Source: Leucoraja ocellata (Eukaryota). From it: 64,000 nucleotides of DNA. Below the pieces are notes generated by a model. The model was given only the letters and a program-made list of their open reading frames with translations, was not told the origin of the DNA and did not search any database. The stretch lies in assembly GCA_036785375.1 (NCBI GenBank), contig JAWMAR010000392.1, positions 1,302,001-1,366,000 of the forward strand. Reading direction: 5' to 3'. Below are positions 51,241 to 62,131 of this stretch, in pieces (within the stretch, counting starts at the first letter, position 1; each line of letters opens with the position of its first letter). The translations under genes and the position numbers were made by a program.

Positions 51241-51789
51241 ATACAAGATAGTTTTAATTGTCACGTGTGCCTAATGGCACAGTGAAATGAATTTCCACAC
51301 AGCCATACACTAAAAATCAACAGGACACAACACACCACAGAGTCGACACAAAACATCCCCACACAGCAGAATCAAAGTTCCCCACTGTGTGGGAAGGCAC
51401 CAAAGTCAGTCAAAGTACAACTGCAGAAGAAGCAGATCGGGATAAATTGTTACAAGGATCTCTGTATCAATCTCCAGCGCTTTGTGTATTAACCAGCGTC
51501 TCCAGTTCCTTGTTGCTACAAGTTCCCAGGTTTGCCGCGCCTCTCCTTACAGTTAATAACTCTCTCATCCTAGTGAACTGGAAAGCCTGTGCCCCCTAAT
51601 GTCCAGCAACGGAAGGAACTGCAGATGCTGTATTGAAACAAAGATAGACACAGAATGCTGGAATAACTCAGCGGGACAGGCAGCATCTCTGGAGAGAAGG
51701 AACGGGTGACGTTTCGGGTCGAGACCCTTCTTGGACTGTCCCGCTGAGTTACTCCAGCATTTTGTGTCGAACCTCTAAGCCTGTTGTTG

Positions 51790-51910
51790 AAGGTTCGGTT
51801 TCCTGTTTTGAAACTGTTTGAGTCTGGGCTGCCCGGTAACTGGTGAGCAGTTACTGTGAAAATCTCTCATTGGCCGCTTGTATACGAGTGCCCAATGATT
51901 CACTTTCTCT
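51790..51910 (+). promoter_or_regulatory. MHC class I promoter: ISRE-like, S-X-Y module, CCAAT
   Basis: GTTCGGTTTC 51793-51802; X box CCCGGTAACTGGTG 51832-51845 followed by X2-like TGAGCA; Y box CTCATTGGCC 51866-51875, 20 bp after X; CCAAT 51892-51896; ATTCACTTTC 51898-51907. Confidence 0.75.
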
Positions 51911-52041
51911 ACTTCCGCATTGAGTTGAAATTACATCCCTGAATGCAAACTACGCCATAATGTTAGTGGATAAACATTTGTTCGTTATTCTTATTTGAAC
52001 TCTTTGCCCCCTTGCCCTGCCCGGGGCATTTGGCTTGGGGA

Positions 52042-52093
52042 ATGTTGCTGCTACTCGGTGCCTTGTGTCTATGCCTTCCCTGGGCATGTTCGG
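52042..52093 (+). CDS. MHC class I heavy chain exon 1 (signal peptide MLLLLGALCLCLPWACS)
   Basis: Hydrophobic leader ending in A-x-S; phase-1 donor G|GTAAGT; joins in frame to 61837 (G+AG=Glu); lies just downstream of the SXY module. Confidence 0.8.
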
Positions 52094-52205
52094 GTAAGTG
52101 GAGTTCATTTCTCTAGCCTTCTCAACCCAGCAACCCTGGAGAACAGCAACAGGCCCCATTTCGGGTCGAGACCCTTAGTATGAAAAAGTGGAGAGCCAGG
52201 TCAAA

Positions 52206-53022
52206 GGTACACAAAATGCTGGAGAAACTCAGCGGGTGCAGCAGCATCTATGGAGCGAAGGAAATGGGCAACGTTTCGGGCTGAAATCCTTCTTCATACT
52301 GGTGGGGGATGGGGGTGGGAGGCGGGAAGGAGAATGGAAAAAGGAGGAGGAGGAGCCCGAGGGCTGAGGAAGGGGAGGAGACAGCAAGGGCTAACAAAAT
52401 TGGGAGAATTCAATGTTCATGCCCCCTAGAAGATTGAGAGGGGATCTTATAGAAACTTACAAAATTCTTAAGGGGTTGGACAGGCTAGATGCAGGAAGAT
52501 TGTTCCCGATGTTAGGGAAGTCCAGGACAAGGGGTCACAGCTTAAGGATAAAGGGGAAATCCTTTAAAACCGAGATGAGAAGAACTTTTTTCACGCAGAG
52601 AGTGGTGAATCTCTGGAACTCTCTGCCACAGAGGGTAGTTGAGGCCAGTTCATTGGCTATATTTAAGAGGGAGTTAGATGTGGCCCTTGTGGCTAAGGGG
52701 ATCAGGGGGTATGGAGAGAAGGCAGGTACGGGATACTGAGTTGGATGATCAGCCATGATCATATTGAATGGCGGTGCAGGCTCGAACGGCCGAATGGCCT
52801 ACTCCTGCACCTATTTTCTATGTTTCTAATATGAGGTGCTGTTCCTCCAATTTCCGGTGTTGCTCGCTGTGGCCATGGAGGGGACCCAGGACGGAGATGT
52901 CGGATGTGGAATGGGAGGGGGAGTTGAAGTGCTGAGCCACCGGGAGGTCAGCTTGGTTATAGCGGACCGAGCGGAGGTGTTCGGCGAAGCGATCGCCCAA
53001 CCTCCGCTTGGTCTCACCGATG
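52206..53022 (-). mobile_element. Penelope-like element family B 3' end (GIY-YIG endonuclease plus hammerhead repeat), split by CR1-A at 52426-52828
   Basis: RRLGDRFAEHLRSV...LPVAQHFNSPSH...RKLEEQHLI; terminal repeat matches the 90-nt elements. Confidence 0.8.
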
Positions 53023-53122
53023 TAAATGCGTGGCAGGTAATAAATAGGTCAACCTGAATTTGCGAAAGATATAATCATAGATTTATAGAGTACAAGAGCA
53101 GGCCCTATGGCCCACCCTGTCT

Positions 53123-54039
53123 ATAGTGGGGATGCACGTAAGGTCACTGGGTCATAGGGCGTGACGCACGGAGCCGCTCAATACATCTGGAGGACATCCG
53201 TAACTTCTGGTACATGTTATTAATGCAAGAAACGCGTATTTTCCTACCTGTTAAAAACCGCCTAAATGTTGAATTTTTGCGCTGAAAAAAATTGTTCAAG
53301 TCGGGGTAAGTGTGAGAGACACGTACCCAACTTTAGAATTCCAAACGTGAAGCGAAATGAAGGTAAAGAGAAGCGAGAACTGAAGGGACAACAACAGCTA
53401 AAGTGTTTAACAAACATTGGCCGTGCAGATATCAGAATCGAAAATATTGGGAATTATCACGTTTGCTCACTGCATTTCATCAACAGTAAGGCATATTTTG
53501 GGTTTTTTCTTGATTCCTTTGGTATCTAAAAAGTCTCAGACTTATCTAAAAGTGATAAATCTGGCTGTAAATTTTTCTTCAGATGCGTTTTCATTTTGTA
53601 AGTAAAAACCCACTTGAGAACCATGGGCGATTTAAAAAATTTACAGCCAGATTTGTCGCTTCTGAAACTTGTTAGATGCCAAAGGAATCAAGAAAAAACA
53701 CAAAACAATGGGCCTTAGTTGATGAAATGCAGTGAGCAAACGGCCAATGTTCGCCAAGCACTCTGGCTGTTGTTGTCTCTTCAGCTCTCGCTTCTGTCTA
53801 CCGTAATTTCTCCTCACTTTTGGAATTCTGAAGTAGGATAAATGTCTCTCACGCTTATCCCGATTTCCATAATTATTTACAGCGCAAAAATTGACAATTT
53901 CAGCGGGTTTTAACGGGCCCACTACGCAGGAAACAATGGTCAGTGCCGACCTGCAGTTCATCGTGTGTAATCCACTTGGCGTAGCGTAGCAACAGTACGG
54001 GTCATGGGTCGTGACCTGACTACCGTGAAACCTCCCTAT
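53123..54039. mobile_element. Palindromic non-autonomous DNA element made of two inverted THAP-domain remnants (ISL2EU/PIF-Harbinger-like)
   Basis: ATAG...CTAT termini with imperfect TIRs; plus arm FCAEKNC...FRIP...VCSLHF; minus arm FCAVNNY...YFRIPKV. Confidence 0.65.
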
Positions 54040-54149
54040 GCTGTTTATTGTGTTCCCATCTTTACTAGAGTTATACAACAAGGAAACGGACCCTTCGGCG
54101 TAACTCCTTCATTCCCAGAAGCTGCCCCATCTAAGTTAGTCCCACTTAT

Positions 54150-54753
54150 AATAACCATATAACCATATAACAATTACAGCACGGAAACAGGCCATCTCGA
54201 CCCTTCTAGTCCGTGCCGAACACATAATCTCCCCTAGTCCCATATACCTGCGCTCAGACCATAACCCTCCATTCCCTTCCCATCCATATAACTATCCAAT
54301 TTATTTTTAAATGATAAAAACGAACCTGCCTCCACCACCTTCACTGGAAGCTCATTCCACACAGCCACCACTCTCTGAGTAAAGAAGTTCCCCCTCATGT
54401 TACCCCTAAACTTCAGTCCCTTAATTCTCATGTCATGTCCCCTTGTTTGAATCTTCCCTACTCTCAGTGGGAAAAGCTTTTCCACATCAACTCTGTCTAT
54501 CCCTCTCATAATTTTAAAAACCTCTATCAAGTCCCCCCTTAACCTTCTGCGCTCCAAAGAATAAAGCCCTAACTTGTTCAACCTTTCTCTGTAACTTAGT
54601 TGCTGAAACCCAGGCAACATTCTAGTAAATCTCCTCTGTACTCTCTCTATTTTGTTGACATCCTTCCTATAATTAGGCGACCAAAATTGTACACCATACT
54701 CCAGAATTGGCCTCACCAATGCCTTGTACAATTTTAACATTACATCCCAACTT
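54150..54753 (-). mobile_element. CR1 LINE family B
   Basis: ORF 54234-54830; tail. Confidence 0.9.
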
Positions 54754-55327
54754 GCCATGTTTGTCCCACATCCCTTTAAAATGTTCCTCCCCAAGTACCT
54801 GACTAAGTATCTTTTAAATGCAGTTACCATGCCTGCCTCGATTACCTCCTCCGGCAGCTGGTTCTATATACTACCACCCTCTGAGTGAAAAAGACAGCCC
54901 TCAGGTCCATATTAAATATATCCCTTCTCACTTTGAACATATATACTCTTTTTGATTCCCCTACCCTCGGTAAAAAAAACTCTACGTGCATTATGTCTAC
55001 TCCCCTCATGATTTTATGCACGCCATAAGATCACCCCTCAGCCTGCAATCTGAAAAATAAATTAGAAAATGTTGCAAGTACCCGGAGTCATACTGCATGG
55101 AAACAGGATGTTTGGCCCAACTTGCCCAAGGCGACCAACATGCACCATCTTCACTAGTCCTACCTTCCTGCGTTTGGCTAATATCCCTCTGAACCTTTCC
55201 TATCTGTGTACCTGTCCAAAAGTCTTTTACATGTTGTTATAGTACCTGCCTCAAATACCTCTTTTGGAAGCTTGTTCCATATAGCCATCACCTTCTGCAT
55301 GAAAGTGTTGCCCCTCAGATTCCTACA

Positions 55328-55625
55328 AGCACGGTGGCGCAGAGCTGCTGCTTTACAGCGCCAGAGACATTGGTTCAATCCTGACTATGGGTGCTGTCTG
55401 TATGCAGTTTGTACATTTTCACCGTGACCGTGTGGGGTTTTTCGGGAGCTCTGGTGTCCTCTCACATCCCAAAGACATACAGGCTTGTGTGTGTTAATTG
55501 GCTTTGGTACCAATTGTAAATTGTCCCTAGTGTGTAGATAGTGCTAGTGTATGTTGATCGCTGGTCGGCACGGACTCGGTGGGCCGAAGGGTCAGTTCCC
55601 ACTCTGTATCTCTAACCTAAACTAA
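55328..55625 (+). mobile_element. tRNA-derived SINE
   Basis: GCACGGTGGCGCAG head, GGTTCAATCC B box, SINE body and CTAAA tail. Confidence 0.7.
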
Positions 55626-56007
55626 ATTAATCTAAAAAAATTATTTCCCCTCTCACCTGACACCTATGCCCTCCTGATTTCCTGATTCCTATACTCTGGG
55701 TAAAGAATCTGTGCATTCACCCCATCTATTCCCCTCATGATCTAGTGCCCCTCTTTAAGATCACCCCTCAACCTCCTGTGCTAACCCTAACCCTAACTCT
55801 AAAGTCCAACCTCTCCATGTAGCTCAGCCCCTCAAGTCTGAGCAACATCCTCGTAAATCATCTCTGTGGTCTTTATAACTTAATGACATCCTTCCTATAG
55901 CCAAACTCCAAATATATCCTCTCCCAACGTCTTATACAACGTCTTAATATATCATCCCAACTTCTATGGTCAATATAGATAATTAAAGCTGTAGTTACTC
56001 AGTGGGT

Positions 56008-56330
56008 CTTTGAGAATAGGGAAGATTCAAACAAGAGGACATGACTTCAGAATTAAGGGACAGAAGTTTAGGGGTAATATGAGGGGGAACTTCTTTACTC
56101 AGAGAGTGGTAGCGGTGTGGAATGAGCTTCCAGTGGAAGTGGTGGAGGCAGGTTCATTGGTATCATTTAAAAATAAATTGGATAGGCATATGGATGAGAA
56201 GGGAATGGAGGGTTATGGTATGAGTGCAGGCAGGTGGGACTAAGGGGAAAAAAAATTTGTTCGGCATGGACTTGTAGGGCCGAGATGGCCTGTTTCCGTG
56301 CTGTAATTGTTATATGGTTATATGGTTATA
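56008..56330 (+). mobile_element. CR1 LINE family B 3' end
   Basis: ORF 56010-56243; tail. Confidence 0.9.
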
Positions 56331-56352
56331 TATGGGTCATATGACAGCATAT

Positions 56353-57100
56353 AGACACAAAATGCTGGAGTAACTCAGCGGGACAGGCCGTATCTCTGGA
56401 GAGAAGGAATGGGTGATGTTTTGGGTTGAGACCCTTCTTCAGACTGAGAGTCAGGGGAGAGGGAAATGAGAGATATAGACAGTGATATAGGGAGATGTAG
56501 AACAAATGAATTCAAGATATGTTAAAAGTAACAATGATGAAGGAAACAGGCCATTGTTAGTTAGATGAAAATGAGTATCAACATTGAGACTCAACAAGAT
56601 GACTTTGGAGCTGGTATGTCTTGGGGCGAGAGAGGGATGGAAAGAGAGGTGATGCAAGGGTTACTTGGTTAGAGAAATCAATAATCATACCACTGGATTA
56701 TAAGCTAACTAAGCAAAATATGAGATGCTCACATTCCAACTCCAATTTGCATTTGGCCTCACTCTGACAATGGAGGAGACTGAGGACAGAAAGTTCAGTG
56801 TGGGAATGGAAATGGGAAGGGCAAGTGTTTGGCAACCGGGAGATCAGGTAAGTCCAGGTGGACTGAGCGAAGGTGTTCAGCGAAACGATCGCCCAGTCTA
56901 CATGGCGCCTTTGCATTCATGTGGCCCCAAAAATGAGTTACGGACAATGAGACTCAACAAGACGACCTTGTCTTGTTGACAAATTTGAAGAAAGTCTTGA
57001 CCCGAAACGTCACCATTCCTGCCATCCAGAGATGTTGCCCGTCCTCCAGCATTTTGTGTATATCTTCGGTGTAAACCAGCATCTAAAGTTCTTTCCTACA
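56353..57100 (-). mobile_element. Penelope-like element family A 3' end (degenerate GIY-YIG) with inverted terminal repeat
   Basis: RLGDRFAEHL...SHTELSVLSLLHCQSEAKCKLE...HLIFCL; hammerhead repeat at 56353-56445 and inverted at ~56985-57100. Confidence 0.75.
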
Positions 57101-57159
57101 CAAGACGATTTTGATACTAGTATAAAGACATTGGGGGGGGGGGGGGGGGGGGGGAGAAG

Positions 57160-57850
57160 TACAACGGGATCTAAGGGTCCTTGTACATCAGTCTATGAAA
57201 GTAAGCATGCAGGTACAGCAGGCAGTGAAGAAAGCGAATGGCTTGTTGGCCTTTATAACAAGAGGAATCGAATATAGAAGCAAAGAGGTCCTTCTGCAGT
57301 TGTACAGAGCTCTAGTGAGACCACACCTGGAGTATTGTGTGCCGTTTTGGTCCCCTAATTTGAGGAAGGACATTCTTGCTATTGAGGGAGTGCAGCGTAG
57401 GTTTACAAGGTTAATTCCCGGCATGGCGGGACTGTCATATGCTGAGAGAATGGAGCGGCTGGGCTTGTATCTCATTGAAACATATAAGATTGTTAAGGGT
57501 TTGGACACGCTAGAGGCAGGAAACATGTTCCCGATGTTGGGGGAGTCGAGAACCAGGGGCCACAGTTTAACAATAAGGAGCAAGCCATTTAGAACGGAGA
57601 CGAGGAAACACTTTTTCTTACAGAGAGTGGTGAGTCTGTGGAATTCTCTGCCTCAGAGGGCGGTGGAGGCAGGTTCTCTGGATGCTTTCAAGAGAGAGCT
57701 AGATAGGGCTCTTAAAAATAGTGGAGTCAGGGGATATGGGGAATAGGTAGGAACGGGGTACTGATTGGGGATGGTCACCCATGATCACATTGAATGGCGG
57801 TGCTGGCTCGAAGGGCCGAATGGCCTACTCCTGCACCTATTGTCTATTGA
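57160..57850 (+). mobile_element. Older CR1-A-related LINE
   Basis: ORF 57195-57746. Confidence 0.85.
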
Positions 57851-58685
57851 CCATCCTATCTACCCGTGATGCCACTTCATGGGAACAATGTACCTGTACT
57901 CCTAGGCCCCTCTGCTCTACATCACTCCCCAGAGGCTTGTGTTCACCGTTAAGATCCTGCCATGATTTGACTTCTCAAAGTGCAGCAAATTGCATTCTAC
58001 CAGTTTATTTACCAGCATTTGGTTCATTACCTTTTGTGCCTTGGCAATTTGGTTCTTTACCCAGATGTTGTGAGAATCGCCTCTCAGGCATTGTCTTCCA
58101 GATTCCAAACACCCTCTGAATCCTCGATAAGTACTTGCTCCTTATTTTAAACCTACGCCTCCTTATTTAGAGTCGGAGTCAGAGTCAGAGTCAATTTAAT
58201 TGTCATTTGGACCCCTGGAGGTCCAAACGAAATGCCGTTTCTGCAGCCATACATTACACACAAATAGACCCCAGACACAACATAATTACATTTTACATAA
58301 ACATCCATCACATAGCTGTGATGGAAGGCCAAAAAAACTTATCTCTCCACTGCACTCTCCCCCCCCCGATGTCAGAGTCAAAGTCAAAGCCCCCGGCTGG
58401 CGATGGCGATTGTCCCGCGGCCATTGAAGCCACGCCGGGTGGTGCGAGGTCGGTGCGAGTCTTCATTATGAGAAACGTTTCTTACTCTCAATCCTATCTA
58501 TGCCTCTCATAATGTTGTACGCCTCCATTAGTGTTCCCCCTTCACATTCCACTGCTCCAAGGAAAGTAAACCCAGCCTCTCTGGACTCTCCTCACAACAG
58601 CTTCATCCCAGGCAACATCCTGATGAATCTCCTCAGTGCTTTCTCTAATGTAGCCACATCTTTCAGTAGTGTGGAGACTATAGAG

Positions 58686-58947
58686 CCTCTGTCCCACTTA
58701 GGAAACCTGAACGGAAACCTCTGGAGACTTTGCGCCCCACCCAAGGTTTCCGAGCGTTCCCGGAGGTTTTTGTCAGTCTCCCTACCTGCTTCCACTACCT
58801 GCAACCTCCGGCAACCACCTGCAACCTCCGGGAACCGCTTGGAAACCTTGGGTGGGGTGCAAAATCTCCAGAGGTTTCCGTTCAGGTTTCCTAAGTGGGA
58901 CAGGGGCATAATGCCCCTGTCCCACTTAGGAAACCTGAACGGAAACC
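58686..58947. mobile_element. Palindromic MITE type 1 plus partial tandem copy
   Basis: Same TIRs; second copy starts at 58912 and is cut by CR1-B. Confidence 0.8.
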
Positions 58948-59697
58948 ATATAACCATATAACCATATAACAATTACAGCACGGAAACAGGCCATCTCGAC
59001 CCTTCTAGTCCGTGCCGAACACATAATCTCCCCTAGTCCCATATACCTGCGCTCAGACCATAACCCTCCATTCCCTTCCCATCCATATAACTATCTAATT
59101 TATTTTTAATTGATAAAAACGAACCTGCCTCCACCACCTTCACTGGAAGCTCATTCCACACAGCTACCACTCTCTGAGTAAAGAAGTTCCCCCTCATGTT
59201 ACCCCTAAACTTCAGTCCTTTAATTCTCATGTCATGTCCCCTTGTTTGAATCTTCCCTACTCTCAGTGGGAAAAGCTTTTCCACGTCTATCCCTCTCATA
59301 ATTTTAAAAACCTCTATCAAGTTCCCCCTTAACCTTCTGCGCTCCAAAGAATAAAACCCTAACTTGTTCAACCTTTCTCTGTAACTTAGTTGCTGAAACC
59401 CAGGCAACATTCTAGTAAATCTCCTCTGTACTCTGTCTATTTTGTTGACATCCTTCCTATAATTAGGCGACCAAAATTGTACACCATACTCCAGAATTGG
59501 CCTCACCAATGCCTTGTACAAATTTAACATTACATCCCAACTTCTATACTCAATGCTCTGATTTATAAAGGCCAGCACACCAAAAGCTTTCTTTACCACC
59601 CTATCTACATGAGATTCCACTTTCAGGGAACTGTGCACAGTTATTCACAGATCCCTTTGTTCACCTGCATTCTTCAATTCCCTACCATTTACCATGT
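58945..59697 (-). mobile_element. CR1 LINE family B
   Basis: ORF 59033-59638; tail. Confidence 0.9.
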
Positions 59698-60177
59698 AAA
59701 ACCTGTGGAGACTTTACATTTTCACCTCTCTGTTTTAATAATTTTCTTCCAATGGAGATGGAGTCGAAGCTGGGTCCCGACCTGAAACGCCGCTTGCCCC
59801 CCACAGATACTGCCTGGCCCACTGAGTTACTCCAGCATTTTGTGTTTTGCTCAGGATTCCAGCCTCTGCAGTTCCTGGTGTCTCCATTGAGATGAAGGCG
59901 TTCATTTCTTGAACTTTCTCTGCCCGTTCGGTTGGATAAACTTGGATTGTGTTCTCCGAAACATTGGAGGTTGAAGGGAGGTAGATGAAATCATGACTCT
60001 TAGACAGGGTAGATAGACACAGAACCTTCTTCCCAGAGTTAACATATCCAATACTAGAGGGCATAGCTATAAGGTGAGAGGGGGAAAGATTAATGAAGAT
60101 AGGCTGGGTAAGAATTTTACACAGAGGGTGGTTGGTGCCGGGAACGCACTGTTAGTGGTGGTGGTGCGTTCCCGGCA

Positions 60178-60728
60178 ATTGCGTACAGTTTTGGTCTCCA
60201 AATCTGAGGAAGGACATTATTGCCATAGAGGGAGTGCAGAGACGGTTCACCAGACTGATTCCTGGGATGTCAGGACTGTCTTATGAAGAAAGACTGGATA
60301 GACTTGGTTTATACTCTCTAGAATTAGAAGATTGAGAGGGGATCTTATAGAAACTTACAAAATTCTTAAGGGGTTGGACAGGCTAGATGCAGGAAGATTG
60401 TTCCCGATGTTAGGGAAGTCCAGGACAAGGGGTCACAGCTTAAGGATAAAGGGGAAATCCTTTAAAACCGAGATGAGAAGAACTTTTTTCACGCAGAGAG
60501 TGGTGAATCTCTGGAACTCTCTGCCACAGAGGGTAGTTGAGGCCAGTTCATTGGCTATATTTAAGAGGGAGTTAGATGTGGCCCTTGTGGCTAAGGGGAT
60601 CAGGGGGTATGGAGAGAAGGCAGGTACAGGATACTGAGTTGGATGATCAGCCATGATCATATTGAATGGCGGTGCAGGCTCGAAGGGCCGAATGGCCTAC
60701 TCCTGCACCTAATTTCTATGTTTCTATG
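60178..60728 (+). mobile_element. CR1 LINE family A
   Basis: ORF 60332-60637; tail. Confidence 0.9.
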
Positions 60729-60973
60729 GTGGAGGCAAATACTATAGTGCCATTTAAGAGGCTTTTAGGTAGGCACTTGTAAGTGAAAATAATAGAGGGA
60801 TATGCCCCATGTACAGGTAGATTAGATCAGTTTAACTTGGCATCAGGTTTGGCACAAACATTGTGAGTCCAAGGGCCTGGTCCTGTAATGTACTATTCTA
60901 TGTTCCATGTTCGTTTAGTTGGGGAATGGCGGGCAGGAGATAGAGGAGGGGAGATGTGTGGAAAGTCGGCACC

Positions 60974-61785
60974 ATTTAATGCTGATAAGTGTGAGGTGCT
61001 ACATCTTGGCAGGACAAATCAAAATAGGACGTACATGGTAAATGGTAGGGAATTGAAGAATATAGGTGAACAGAGGGATCTGGGAATAACTGTGCACAGT
61101 TCCCTGAAAGTGGAATCTCATGTAGATAGGGTGGTAAAGAAAGCTTTTGGTGTGCTGGCCTTTATAAATCAGAGCATTGAGTATAGAAGTTGGGATGTAA
61201 TGTTAAAATTGTACAAGGCATTGGTGAGGCCAATTCTGGAGTATGGTGTACAGTTTTGGTCGCCTAATTATAGGAAGGATGTCGACAAAATAGAGAGAGT
61301 ACAGAGGAGATTTACTAGAATGTTGCCTGGGTTTCAGCAACTAAGTTACAGAGAAAGGTTGAACAAGTTAGGGCTTTATTCTTTGGAGCGCAGAAGGTTA
61401 AGGGGGGACTTGATAGAGGTTTTTAAAATGACGAGAGGGATAGACAGAGTTGACGTGGAAAAGCTTTTCCCACTGAGAGTAGGGAAGATTCAAACAAGGG
61501 GACATGACATGAGAATTAAGGGACTGAAGTTTAGGGGTAACATGAGGGGGAACTTCTTTACTCAGAGAGTGGTGGCTGTGTGGAATGAGCTTCCAGTGAA
61601 AGTGGTGGAGGCAGGTTCGTTTTTATCATTTAAAAATAAATTGGATAGTTATATGGATGGGAAGGGAATGGAGGGTTATGGTCTGAGCGCAGGTATATGG
61701 GACTAGGGGAGATTATGTGTTCGGCACGGACTAGAAGGGTCGAGATGGCCTGTTTCCGTGCTGTAATTGTTATATTATATTATAT
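60974..61785 (+). mobile_element. CR1 LINE family B
   Basis: ORF 60888-61706 from FNADKC onward; tail ends ~50 bp before the alpha-1 acceptor. Confidence 0.9.
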
Positions 61786-61836
61786 TTTATTACCATGTTA
61801 TCTCATTCTAAGGTTGTGTTGTGTTGTGATTTACAG

Positions 61837-62100
61837 AGACACACTCACTGCAATATTACTACACCTCGATGGTCGGGAGTGTGGACCTTCCTGAGTTTGT
61901 GCACATCGGAGTGCTGGATGGCGTTCAGATAACCTACTTTGACAGCAAAACCGAGGAGGACATTGCACGCCAGCCATGGATGGAGAGAGCCCTGGGAAGT
62001 GACTACTGGGACAAGGAGACCCAGAGATTGATCAATCGACACAAGTTGTACATGGCCAATGTCCAGATCGCAATGCAACGATCTAACCACAGCAAGATGG
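61837..62100 (+). CDS. MHC class I heavy chain exon 2 (alpha-1 domain)
   Basis: TTTACAG acceptor and G|GTGCGT donor, phase 1/1, 264 bp; (E)THSLQYYYT...PEFV.IGVLDG...YFDS...RQPWM...DYWDKETQ...RSNHS with the N86 glycosylation site. Confidence 0.92.
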
Positions 62101-62131
62101 GTGCGTGCATTCCCAGTGCTTGATTCACACG

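Noticed and set aside
55781-55802. (CCCTAA)-like telomeric repeats
   Set aside because: Only about three units inside decayed LINE sequence; too short to call
1099-60660. Recurrent ~75-aa ORF MIMADHPTQYPVPAFSPY...
   Set aside because: Antisense reading of the CR1-A 3' end, not a multicopy gene
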